This document shows, in pieces, positions 1-13,010 of a stretch of DNA of 64,000 nt. The translations under genes and the position numbers were made by a program. Position 1 is the first letter of the stretch. The number at the start of each line of letters is the position of its first letter. The notes under the pieces were generated by a model. The model saw nothing but the letters and a program-made list of their open reading frames with translations, was not told where the DNA came from and searched no databases. Source of the stretch: the human T2T-CHM13v2.0 reference genome, Homo sapiens; the NCBI RefSeq assembly GCF_009914755.1, contig NC_060929.1; one strand, written 5' to 3'.

Positions 1-205
1 TCCCACAAAGCAGAAAACTGAACAGTGGAAGTCACACATTATCGTTTTTATCATATATTCTTGGGTGAAGCTGTCATAAGCCTACAAGGTTTGAGAGGAG
101 AAGTAGATTCTACTTTTTAAATGGAAATTGGCAAATTTCAGAAGAGAATGCAGGAATAGATACACAGTTTTGGTCATTTATTGGAAAGGAAAACTTTGGC
201 ATCAT
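1..205 (-). mobile_element. Old MaLR LTR fragment (MLT1-family)
   Basis: Degenerate match to an MLT1 terminal segment (gaagtcacac...gtcataagcc...gaagagaatgcaggaatagatacacagttttggtcatttattggaaa). Confidence 0.5.
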
Positions 206-660
206 CCTGGGGTTTGGGGTCATGTAATTGAAGATCATCATCAGGAACTGCTAGAGCTGCTATTGTCCAATAGGAGCAGCAATGAATCCTTTTTTTTTTT
301 TCCAGGTGACCCACTGATGTTTTGCTTCAGAATCCTCCAAGTATACCTGAGAGTATATGGACAAATACAAAAGCAAGACCTGGGAAGTTATGTAATCAGG
401 GACTTAGAGATCTCACAGAGGAAAATGTAGCCCTATCAGATAATCCATAGAGATTAGCAGAGGCGCTACACAAGGATGATAGGGATCTAGAATGTTTGGT
501 AGAAAAGGAATATGATGAATATCAGTTGCGAACTTGAAATGGTTTGTCCCAGTCCCTTATTCATGTCTTCTGAAAAAGACAGAAGACTCTAAGGAAGTTT
601 TCTAACTTAGCTATTCATGTGGTACAAAGTAGGTGGTTCTAAGTAGTGCAAGATATGAAA
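206..660 (+). mobile_element. Ancient ERVL internal 3' end (ERV3-16A3-int-like) with dUTPase remnant
   Basis: ORF 128..430 peptide VIEDHHQELLELLLSNRS...PGDPL...VYGQIQK parallels ERVL dUTPase VIDPDYQGEIGLLLHNGG...PGDPL...VNGKLQQ; 'gggatctagaatg...atgatgaatatcagttgc' resembles the ERVL internal 3' end; abuts an LTR16-like LTR. Confidence 0.55.
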
Positions 661-1295
661 TGCACTAGATTAGACTTCTCCAATCCATGGCCTGGAGGCT
701 GCATGTAACCCAGGATGGCTTTGCATGGTGCCCAACACAAATTTGTAAACTTTCTTAAAACATTGGGAATTTTGTTTGCAATTTTTTTTTTTAGCTCATC
801 AGCTATCGTTAGTGTTAGTGTATTTTATTTATGGCCCAAACAGTTCTTTTTCTTCCAGTGTGGCCCAGGGAAGCCAAAAGATCCGACACCTCTGCACTAG
901 ATTTTAGTGGAATCTGTAGTGCTCTGTTCAGACCTCTTAAAAGACTATAACACTCATTCCTCCAGCTTCTGGAAATAAAGACTCTTAGCAGAGACTCTCT
1001 CTGGTAATTGCTTTCAAGTAAAGAGAGCCCTTCATTCAAGAGCTCAGGTCAACACTACAGACAGACCAGGTGCCATGATTGGATAATGTTTGAGGTACAA
1101 AACCCTTCCTAGCTTCCATCAAATTGGGAAGACACAGGCTGAGATCTACTGAATGGTGATGGCATTACTATTCAACTTTTCTCTACAATCAGCCCAGATT
1201 CTATGATATTTCCAAGATTGGGCAGTGCACTGCAGTATGTTCCTTGCATGTAAACCTCATAGTCTGTTTTTTCCAAGGAAGATTAACTCTAATCT
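661..1295 (+). mobile_element. LTR16C-like ERVL LTR, interrupted near its start by MER30
   Basis: Blocks 'cactcattcctccagcttctgg', 'ctctctctggtaattgc...aagagagccc' and 'ccttgcatgtaaacctc...agtctgttttttccaaggaa' follow LTR16C order. Confidence 0.55.
671..894 (-). mobile_element. MER30 non-autonomous hAT-Charlie DNA transposon, full length
   Basis: Matches MER30 (ttagctcatcagctatcgttagtgttagtg; tggcccagggaagccaaaagat); perfect 8-bp TSD cactagat at 663-670 and 895-902. Confidence 0.93.
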
Positions 1296-2200
1296 ATAAC
1301 TTTGATCTATAACACCATACTCAAAAAATATTAGTTTATGTCAAATAACACAGCTCTATAAGAATAGTATTACAATATTCAATAAGAGCTAAAAAAGAAA
1401 ATCTTTGTCAAAATTACATTAATAGAATGATCCCAGTAAAATAATATAAAATAAAATATAAATGAATTCGTTGAGGGGGCTGTGAGTGCATGTGTGTGGG
1501 GGGGCGGTGTGTGTAGGCAAGCTCATGAAATATTTAAGCAGATTATATGTCAAAGTTTTTGTAGATTGTATGCCAATTATCTAGAAAGAAAGCAAGCCTA
1601 GAAAATTGTTTTAAAAAGAAACTTCCACTTACTAACAGTACTTAGCCTTTTAGATTTGTTTGATGTTAAAAATTATGACCATGTGCTTTTAGTTTTTAAT
1701 GAAAGAAAGCAGAAAGAACCAAAAGTGTATACTTTTGAAGAAGTTATCTCTTCTTTTTCAGTAAAATGCTTTCATTTTTAAAATTGCATGGTCCATATGC
1801 AATTGTGCTTAATAAGATCTACTGAGACTATGAAGTAGAAAGCAAGATTATCCTTTTCTTCATAGAGAACACAGAGTTAATTAAGTCTTCTCTAGAGTGT
1901 CATTTAAAAATACTAATGCAAAGGTAGTAATTTAAATAAAGAAGTGGTTATTATAAAAATAATGTGTTATACATAAGCATTTAGGTTTTAATAATTATTA
2001 TATAAACTACACTAAGATTTTCCAGAGTTTCTACAAGAATAATGTGATAGAGGAAAATTTAAGTTGTCATGAGACAAAAAAACGTTAATTTCAAACAAAA
2101 ATCACAGCATCAAGTTATGAAGATTAATATAAAAATAACAAACCATTTTTAGCAATACTTTTGTATCAGTGTTTTGCAATTCAAAAGTTAACTTCATAAA

Positions 2201-2246
2201 TACATACACACACAGGCACATATATACCTACACACATACACACATA
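2201..2246. repeat. Imperfect (CA/TA)n microsatellite
   Basis: tacatacacacacaggcacatatatacctacacacatacacacata. Confidence 0.8.
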
Positions 2247-4683
2247 TCTCTTTATTTTTTATTTTTGGGGTTTGCATGCTCTTCCAGAACTACCAGTAAG
2301 TGAGAGTTAATTATACATAAGCTAATAAAATTTTATTCTCAAAGTAAACTGTTATTTATTAATAATAACCACTTTTATTACATAAGTGTGTGGTGCACTA
2401 ATTTTACAGTACATGTCACAGTTAGAAAAATGACAGGTGGTATCATGATTTGTGCTGCACTTGAATAACCTACATAAGCACAGTAAGAAAACTCATTACA
2501 CAACAACATATGTGGACACATCATTTAAGGGTGCCATATGCTTCTAAGACACATATAAAATAATTATCACAGCTAGCCCCAGATCTTATGTGTTTCATTG
2601 AGCTTTAACTAGGAGGCTTGGAGGCTTAATTATTCCATAATCACTCCATTCCTTTTATGTCCCTTCCATTTTGAGATACTTTGTTCTCATTATCACTGGT
2701 AATTTTATTTTCTACCAATAATCTTTTCTCTCTGTCCCTGGCCCTGAAGAAATGAAAAGAGGTGTTAGTTACTTATCTTTAAACTATAATTTCAATGTAT
2801 TGTTCTCTTAGTTATTTTATTGGAAATTTTTATCTTTTTTAAATAAGTAAATAGAAGGACAAAGAGGAACCTGTAATTACAACATTCACTCTATTAAAAT
2901 TTACCAAACACTCAAAGCATGGTTCACCATTAAATTCAGTCCAAGAATTTTAGTATTATCGTTACTTCCCAAACTCTGGTCTTTTAGAGCTGAGTTTCCC
3001 CAAACTACAGTATACAAATGCCTGTAAGTACCAGAAGACTTCCTTTAGCTTTCACATACAAAGAACTGCAAGCAAATCTATCGTCAGTGCAAAACCTGTT
3101 TTCTCTCCTAACATCACACATGCTGAGAATATGACTGCTCTCTGAAAAACAGATCAGATTCTATATTTCTACCACCCCATGTTGATGAACTTTTCCTACT
3201 CTTACAAAGACATGTCTCTAAGTTGTCCCAAATGTGATTTTTCTCCATCCCACTCCTATCTTGAGGTGTAAAAACCCTGGTACCAAATTTGTAAAAGTAA
3301 ATAGTTGAGTAAAACTAACCTTTTTCATACTTAATGATTTGTAATGTTTCAATGTCAGAAAAGTAAAAGTTCTTTAAGTTTGTTGTCAGCTAACAGAAAA
3401 TTAAATATAATTTTGATGATGATTCACTATTGATTTCTTGCTTTTAATTGAAACATGTTTCAAATAATTGAAATAATTGAATGTCATTGCATAACAAACC
3501 CCTTTTTATTTCCATTTATTTATTTAAATCCCAGCACCAACAGAACCAGAAATACACAGGAATTTAACAAACAGGTTTCTTGATTGCTTCAGCAGGACAG
3601 AGAGTGCTAAGGTAGTCATGGATTATCTCAAAAAATAAGTTAGAAAAGGTTTGTAAAGGATTTAGGAACTGGAGTTACTCACAACTTGATAGGGATTGGT
3701 CAGAATTTACATACTATTGCTGAAAAGTAGAATAGTCATCTCTTCGAAACACATAGGTTCATGTAGAGTTAAAATTTGTTTTGGTCTTATCTGAGAATAT
3801 ATGAATCTGAGGAAAGGAGGGTTAAACAAATTCAAGCACACCATGTCTTGATTGGAAACAATTAATCATTTTTTGGGGGGATAATTAATCAACCTGTTTG
3901 AAATGGTATGGTTTCAAATCTCACTGTTGCCTCACAGACTAACCCCCACGTGGCCATTTTTTAGTCTACCAGCATCTCTCCCCTTTCAGTCCATTTTCAC
4001 CTTTGAGTGAAGATTTATTGCAGTTCTTTTGTGGATATAAATAGTAAAGCTGTACCATTGTACTGATCGAAATGTTGTTTAGAGGATCTTGTCTGCAGTT
4101 GAAAAAAATGGGGCACAGAGATTTCTGTTGTTTTTGCAGATTGAAGTAAAAATAAATGGCTATGGAGTAGCGTTTTACATCTTTAGTAATCACATACTTG
4201 GCAAATTCAACAAAGATGAAAGCTTAACTTTAGGATTTTTAAAATAACTTTATTTTAGGATTTTCTTTTAAGTTTGAAACATGTTTCATACCTCTTATAA
4301 TCTATTTGAATATTCCTGTATAACAAACTGTCCTAGTTCCTTAGTTGGGGTTATTAATGGTTTAACTTTGTTAATGTCGGAAGAACTGGTTTCATATTTA
4401 GTAATTGTCAAGGACAAGAGAATATCATGAAATTATTGCTTTAAAGAACAGGCCTCACTGCTAACAGCGTAGACCTTGAATCAGCAGTAAGGGAAGAAAG
4501 TAACCAAGAGGATGAGGCAAAAAGCACATGCGAAAAAAGATTGTAACATCCAGTGGTGTTCAGTATTTACATGTTCTTATTCCTTCAAGCCTCTTCTTGA
4601 GCAGAAAGAGTCAGACTTCTGCGTACATTAAAATAGATTACACTGTACTCTTATTAAAAAATATATTGTAAAAATTACTTTCC

Positions 4684-4973
4684 GGCCGGGCGCGGTGGCT
4701 CACGCCTGTAACCCCAGCACTTTGAGAGGCCGAGGCAGGCAGATCACGACGTCAAGAGACCGAGACCACCCTGGCCAACATGGTGAAACCTCGTCTGTAC
4801 TAACAATACAAAAATTAGCTGCGCGTGGTGGTGGGCGCCTGTAGTCCCAGCTACTCGGGAGGCTGAGGCAGGAGAATGGCTTGAACTCGGGAGGCGGAGC
4901 TTGCCTTGAGCCGAGATCACGCCACTGCCCTCTGGCCTGGGCGACAGAGGAAGACTCCATCTCAAAAGAAAAA
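4684..4973 (+). mobile_element. Alu, AluSc-like, full length
   Basis: ggccgggcgcggtggctcac start, dimeric structure, A-tail; TSD aaaaattactttcc at 4670-4683 and 4974-4987. Confidence 0.95.
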
Positions 4974-5621
4974 AAAAATTACTTTCCAAACAATTACATA
5001 TTCCTCAACATTAATAACATCTATTTATATTTTTATTCAATTCAATTAAACACTATTTTAGGCATGTTGTAGTTTATAAATGAGGCATTACTAATATCTC
5101 ATAAATACATAATTACACATTTGCCTCACATTATTTGGCATAATTCCAAAAAGTAGAATCTCTTAGTATCAAATAACACATATTTTAAAGTTTTTAATAA
5201 ATTCCCACTAAAGTCATATCTGGAAAGGTTATTTCAATTTACACTCCAGCTAACAATATTTGCACAAAATGATACAAATTCCAAGCACTGTTAATTAAAC
5301 TTGGCTAATATGTTAAGCGAAATTATTTCAGGTTTGGTTTTAATTTTATTATATAGTTTTTTTTTTTGTAAAACTAAAATTAGTAACTCTTTCTTTATAG
5401 AATTATACTAGCATTGTATAGAATTTTATAATCTGAATTCTTTTTAAACTATTTTTGTTATGAGAATTTTCGCATTCTGCTTATTTTCAAGAGCTGTGCA
5501 ATGCTAATAATATTAATTCTTTAATAATTTATTTTCTATATATTTCCATTTTGAATTTTTATTTGCTTGTGTGAGACAAGTGATTATTTCCTTTTGTTCC
5601 TGCATAGACAACTCTAATTTT

Positions 5622-5936
<315 letters not shown>

Positions 5937-6369
5937 GACTCTAATTTTTAAGTAGCGACATTTATTGTTTTACTTAAAAGTCCTTGATTATGACTCACTT
6001 TTAAAAATGGCTCCTTATCTCTGAGTCTGTAACTACTTACCTGTTTTTATGATGTTGTAGAATAATATATAATTATATTATAAAATATCAATTTTTTTAC
6101 ATATTTTCTATGGTGCGAATGGCTGATCAGTGAGTAGTATCATAGAATTTGATACCAATATATATAAATAAAAGTGAAAAACAGTGAAAGAATAAACAAA
6201 TATCATTAGTGACTATCTCTGGTTTCTAAAATTATTACTGACTTTTTAATATTTATGCTTTTATGTTTAATACACGTTTATAAAATATAATTTTTTTGTA
6301 AAATGTAAACAATGAAACTATAAGACTATTAGTATGATATGATAGCAAACTTATAGATATATGAAGTCC

Positions 6370-6990
<621 letters not shown>

Positions 6991-7047
6991 CTACTTTGTT
7001 TAAACAAAATTTAATAATCACAGGTATGGTAAATATTTTTTAACAAA

Positions 7048-8007
7048 GAGCAACAACTCCTTTTTCTCCCCTCCCCTCAGACCCTGGCAACCATCATTCT
7101 ACTTTCTGTTTTTATGAGTCAGACTATTTTAGACACCTCATGTGAGTGGAATCATGCAGTGTGTGTCTTTCTCTGACTGGTTTATTTCACTTAGCATAAT
7201 GTCCTTGAGATTCATCCATGTTATTGTAAATGGTAGGATACCACTTTTTTTAAGGCTGAATAATATTCCATTTATATATACACACCACATTTTATTTATG
7301 CATACATCTGTCAATGGATGAGTATGTTCCAGAGATCTGCTGTACTTCACAGTGCCTACGGCTAACCCTACAGTATTGTGCACTTAAAAATGTGCTAAAA
7401 GAGTAGAATTCATGCTAAGTGTTTCTACCACACAAAGATGACAAAACAAAGCAAAACAAAAATCACAAAGCTGACACAGAAAACTTTTGGGGATGATGGT
7501 GTGTTCATCCATTCTCATGTTGCTATAGGGATATACCCAAGAATAGATAATTTACAAAGAAAAGAGGTTTATTTGACACAGTTCTGTGTGGCTGTGGAGG
7601 CCTCAGGTAATTGACGATCATGGTGGAAGGGGAAGCAAACACGTCCTTCTTCACATAATGGTGGGAAGGAGAAGTGTTGAGCAAAAGGGGGAAAAGCCCC
7701 TTATAAAACCATACGATCTCGTGAAAACTCATCCACTATCACCAGAACAGCAGCATGGAGGTAACCACACCCACGGTTCAATTACTTCCCACTGAGTCCC
7801 TCCAGTGACAGGTGGGGATTATGGAAACTACAATCCAAGGTGAGTTTTGGGTGGGGACACAGGCAAACCACATCAGATGGATATGTTTACTACCTTCATT
7901 GTGGTGATTGTCTTACAAGTATTTACAGATGCCCAAACTTCAACTTTATAAATTAAACATGCAGATTTTTTTCTATGTAAGTTATACCTCAATAAAGATG
8001 TTGGAAA
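7048..8007. mobile_element. L1MA-type 3' end with 5' inversion (7048-7318 minus, 7316-8007 plus), interrupted by a THE1C LTR
   Basis: Antisense L1 3'UTR (gtggaatcatgcag...ttcacttagcataatgtcc) joined to a sense 3'UTR (gagatctgctgtac...tacctcaataaag). Confidence 0.8.
7500..7875 (-). mobile_element. THE1C-like solo LTR (MaLR)
   Basis: TG...CA ends; diagnostic 'gcaaacacgtccttcttcac...gagcaaaagggggaaaagccccttataaaacc'; 5-bp TSD gatgg at 7495-7499 and 7876-7880. Confidence 0.92.
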
Positions 8008-8212
8008 TTGATAATGTATTTTTAGTAATTGTTCCATTGTGTAGTATGATAAACTTCATTGACAGTCTTGCTCAGAAAGAATAAAGCTTTCTGCTTCATA
8101 TACACAAAGTTAACTCTTAATAATGTACTTCTTAGTATAAATTTATGTATGATTCATCTGCATTAGCTGATAAAGTTCCAAGGTAAGACACAATTTTTAG
8201 TACTTAACAGTC

Positions 8213-8568
8213 TGTTATGGACTGAAGTGTATCCCCTTAAAATTCCTATGTTGAAATGTTAACCATCAATGACTGTACTTGGAGATAGGTCTTGTTTAGA
8301 AATAATTAAGGTACAATGAGGTAATAGGGTAGGCTCTAATCCAGTAGGACTGGAAGAAGAGGAAGAGACAGCAGAGGAAATGCCAGGTGAGGATACAGTG
8401 CAAAGTTGGCCATCTGCAAGCTAAGGACAGAGACCTCAGGAGAAAATTACTCTGCTGAAACCTTGTCTTGGACTTTCAATTTCCAGGACCATGAAAAAAA
8501 TAGATTTCTGTTGTTTTAGCCATCCAGTCTGTTTTATTCTATCATGGTGGCTTTAGTAGACTAACAAA
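8213..8568 (+). mobile_element. MLT1A/MLT1B solo LTR
   Basis: tgttatggactgaa start; 'ggccatctgcaagc...gagacctcaggaga' core; ends gactaaca. Confidence 0.85.
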
Positions 8569-9389
8569 TATCTCTTACATTAACTAAAGTTATATGAAAA
8601 GTACTAAGTTCAACAATTCCCCATTGTTAATTTTCATTAATATTAATTTCTAAAGGGATCAATTAAACAATTCTCTTCTGTAGATGCAATTTATAATGAC
8701 TTATTGTCTCAATTTAATTTAGTTTTCAAACATGCTCTTATATGAACTTTACAAAGTGTTTTCCTCATCTTATAAATAGAGTAGAAAAGAGAATAAATCT
8801 CTTTTTAGAAATACCTTAAAAATTTGATCAGAAGTTTTAGAACAGTAACTTAAAATAAGCATTGCTTTACCTTAGTTCTACTGGTATCTCCTATTACTAG
8901 TTCCACTAGCTATAAGAAATAACATACGCTTTATGTTTTATATTTCTTGAAATTTTTTCAGACTTGCTTTACAATCTTTAATATAGTTCACTAAAATATA
9001 TGTATATATTTATGTTTATGGGATGATTTTATCTCTGATTTTCTCTTTTGTCTCTAAAATATTTACACTATTATTTAAAAATACTTGCAGCTTAACTGTA
9101 ATCTAAATTATCCCTTTGTTTCTATTTCATTTTTCTATTGATTATAAGTCACATTTATTGTTTCTTTTCCTGCCTTACAGTATGTATAAAAAAGCTTAGA
9201 GACTAAAGTCTAAGGTCCTTGTGTCCCAGCTTTTCCCTTAGGCCGACAGGATGAGGGGTCTAAACACATCAAACTGATCATTCACTGAGTTGAATCAAGT
9301 CTGAGTTTGCTTTCTCAATTTGCTTAATGGGCTTCACTCGATTCCTAGTATATTTGTGGTCTCCTGAGGTAGCGCTCCTTTGGTTTAGT

Positions 9390-10255
9390 AATAGCTTTAT
9401 TGATATATAATTCAAATACCATCATCTTACTCTCCTTAAGTGTGAAATCCAGTGAGTTTTGATATATGCACAAAGTTGTACAACCAGCACCAATGTCTAA
9501 TTCCAGAATACATTCATCATCACAACAAGAACATCAGTTACTTCCCATTTCCCACCCTATCCTATGCTCCACTCCTGCCAATAGTAATTTGTAAATTTCT
9601 GATGTTATGGATTTTCCTATTACGTATGTTTTTATAAATGAAATCACTCAACATGTTATCCTCTGTGACTGGCTTTTATTTTACATAATGTTTTCAGGGA
9701 TCATCTGTGTAGTAGCATGGAACAGTACTTCATTTCTTTATATTCCATTGTATAGATATAACACATTTTCTTTATTCATTCATCAGTTGATGGGCATTTA
9801 GATTGTTGCCACTTTGGGCCATAAGGAATAATGTAGCTATCAATATCCACGTACGCATCTTTGTTTAGAAATGTTTTCATTTTTCTTGGGTACATATCTA
9901 GGTGTAGAATTGCTGTCTTCTATGTTATATCATTTGAGGAACTGCCAGATTATTTTCCAAAGCCTCTGTACCACTTTACATTCCCACCAGTAACATAAGG
10001 TTCCAGTTTTTCTACATCATTATACCTGTTATCTGTCTTTTTTGTTGCATGCATTTTAGTGGGTGAAAAGTTTCCATCCATCTTTCTGTTTTTGCATTGC
10101 GTCTCCCTAATGATTAACAATGTTGAGCACCCTTTCACGAGCTTATTCTTTGTCATGCAACTTTTTTTGGGAAAAGTCTATTGAAATCATTCGCCCACTT
10201 ATTTGTTATTTGTCTTTACATTGTTGAATTGTAAGCATTCTTTATTTATTCTGGA
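9390..10255 (-). mobile_element. L1MB-type 3' end/ORF2 C-terminus
   Basis: 'agctttattgatatataattcaaatacc' L1MB 3' terminus; 'catttgaggaactgccaga', 'cattcccaccag'. Confidence 0.85.
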
Positions 10256-10367
10256 TCTTTATGGAGTTTTGACAGAGAGCTTGATAGGTTTCCTTCCATG
10301 CTTCAGAGGTTTGAGTTGAGCATTTTGAGACGCTTCTTTATGTCAGCAGCACAAGTTTGCTGGGGAT

Positions 10368-10420
10368 TGCATTCTGCCCAGCCCGGCTGCATTCTGCCCA
10401 GCCCGGCTGCATTCTCCCAG
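10368..10420. repeat. 20-bp tandem duplication (tgcattctgcccagcccggc x2 plus partial copy)
   Basis: Two identical units at 10368-10387 and 10388-10407. Confidence 0.95.
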
Positions 10421-10719
10421 TAAGGCTCTCTCAAACTCTTGAGAACTCTACATTTTCAAAAGTTTTGAACTTAGTTCTTCGGACTTCTGAAAAAAAAAAA
10501 AAAAATCATGATCTGGCCAAATCCTTGAAAATCACTATTTTTAAATTTGTTTTGTAAACTTATCCTTCCAAGAGGGCTTTGCTCCTGAAACACTTCAAGA
10601 TTTCATTTTTCACTCAAACTCCACATAATATTGATGAAGACTCAGCAATGAAAATATGTTTTAGAACAAAATGTTATTAATTTTGTTATATATTTTTAGC
10701 TTGTAACTTTTATGTGCTG

Positions 10720-11400
10720 TGCCACTTGTAGAAACATACCAAAACTTATTTCTCCAGTCATTTGTTGATAGACATTTGGAATGTTTCCAGTTTGGTGCTA
10801 TTAAAAATAAGGCTCTAAAAGCACCTCATATATTTCTTTTAGTATCTCTTGAGAATCACTTAGTAATGCAATTACAGAGTAATAGCTGAGACAAATATGA
10901 AGCTTTAGTTGATACTCTCATACAACTTAACACAGTGATTGTACAAATTTTCCCTACCACCAACAGTGTATGACAGTGGAAGTAACATCACATCTTTATG
11001 AACATGTGATATGGATAATGTTCTGTTTTTCGTTTTAATTTTAGATACTGGGGTGGGTGTCTAGTACTATAACAACATGGTTTTACTTTGCATTTGCCTC
11101 TGGAGCAATGAGATTAAGAGCCCTTTAGGATGTATATTGGTTATTTAGATAGCCTCTCTGTAGGTGTGCCTCTTCAACTTGCAAATATTTGCTGAGTATA
11201 TAAGTTGTATTTTGTCATCATGGTATGGTTTGGCAGAAAAAAAATTATTATTTTTTCATGCAGTCTAATGTATAATTATTTTTATTTATCATGTCCAATT
11301 TTTGAATCATGAGTATAAAACAATTGCTTACTTTTTAGGTCATAGTGTGGTTCATCTACGTTTTCCTCTAGATTTTTACAGTTTTATTATATTTATGTTA
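10720..11400 (-). mobile_element. Old L1M (L1ME-like) fragment
   Basis: 'gttgatagacatttggaatgtttccagtttggtgctatt', 'ccaccaacagtgtatga', 'ggttttactttgcattt'. Confidence 0.7.
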
Positions 11401-11745
11401 ACTATATTTTTATAGTTTTATTTTTTACACTTATATATGCCTGATTCCTTTGCTCTTCCCAACCCCTTTAGTATTTACCCTTGGCCATAATGCACTATAT
11501 ATCGATATTTTTATTTTCCAAATGTTTTTCCAGTTTTCCCAGCCCTCCTTGATTCTTCTATAGTTTGTTCACAAGACTCTGCATGAGTGTTCTTCATATG
11601 TGTGTGTGGTTTTAGTGGTTTTATTTTAGCATTCACCTGCTACTGAGAGCCTGTGAGGACCTTTCCCATTTAAGTGCATTCTCATCGCTTTCTCACTCAG
11701 AAAGTGGAAATAAATATAGGGAAGGAATATGAATAATTTTACACG

Positions 11746-11781
11746 TATGTATGTTTGTGTGTGCATGTGTGTGTGTGTGTG
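11746..11781. repeat. (TG)n microsatellite
   Basis: tatgtatgtttgtgtgtgcatgtgtgtgtgtgtgtg. Confidence 0.85.
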
Positions 11782-12076
11782 ATTTCTGTGTGGTTGATCA
11801 GAATGAAGACGAATAAAGAAAATGGGAATGAGTATTTAATTTGGTGATTTCTGAGTGACCCATACGCTAAGTTTCCCTCTAACCTCTGCTTGTCCTTTCA
11901 GTCAGCCCTGTGGCACTGCTGCTGAATCTATACAAGTGCTGTTCACAGGTAGTGCAGCCATGACTCATCCCTGCCACCAATAATTATTTTAGTAATATTA
12001 TCCACGCTTTCATTCTTTTGTATTACTGGTTGCTTTCCCTGGCTTTAGGTGATGATCAGAAGTGATTTTTAAAATG

Positions 12077-12585
12077 TGTGAATTAGTTTTCTATTGCTGC
12101 ACGACTCATTACCACAAACACAGAGGCTAAAAACAAGAGCCATTCATAATCTCACTATTTCTTAGGCCTGGAGTACAAACATAACTTAGCTGGGGTCTTT
12201 CCTCAGGCCCTCCTCAGGCTGTAATCAAGGTATCAGCCAGGCTGGGGGGTTATTTGACACCCAGGTTTCTCTTCCAAGCTCACGTGGGTGTTGGCAGAAT
12301 GTGTTTCTTGATGACATAGAACAATTTCTCCAGGCTCCTTCAAAGCCAGAAGGAGAGAAATAGTCTCTGAACCAAAGAGCCCTCTGTCCCTGTTTGAAGG
12401 ATTTTCACCTGGTTAAGTTAGGCCCACTCAGGATATTCTTTCCTACTATTAATCTTAAATCAACGTTTTGACACTTAAAGAAGTTAGACAAAATTCCTTT
12501 ACCTTTCCCATATATTATTTACCAGAAACAAGTCACACTTCCCTTCCACACTCAAAGAAAATGGATTATAAAATAGTATGACTTA
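12077..12585 (-). mobile_element. MLT1E/F-like LTR
   Basis: 'ttagttttctattgctgc...taccacaaac', 'aggctgtaatcaaggtatcagccagg', 'ttccaagctcac...gttggcagaat'. Confidence 0.75.
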
Positions 12586-12687
12586 TTGAATTTCAAACTG
12601 AGTCCAACCCACTCTGTCTCCATGATTTCTCCAAATCCAGATCAAACTCATACTTGATACAAATATTCTCCCCCTTTTTTTTCTTTT

Positions 12688-13010
12688 TGCTATGGTCTGA
12701 ATGTTTGTATCTCTCTCAAACTCACATGTTAAAATGTTAATCCACAAAATGATGGTTTTAGGAGGCAGGGCTTTTGGGAGGTGATTAGGGATTATTGCTC
12801 TTATGAGAGAGGCCCAGTTCTTTTCACCATTTGAGAATGCAGCTAAAAGATACCATCTATAAATTGAGAAATGAGCTCTTAACAAGCATCCAGTCTGCTG
12901 AACTCTTGACGTTAGACTTTTCGGCTTCCAGAACTGAAGGAAATACATGTCTGTCGTTAATAAACCACCCAGTCTATATTTTGTTATAGCAGCCTGAATG
13001 AGCTAAGATA
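12688..13010 (+). mobile_element. MLT1A0-like solo LTR
   Basis: tgctatggtctgaatgtttgt start; ends ttgttatagcagcctgaatgagctaagata. Confidence 0.85.
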
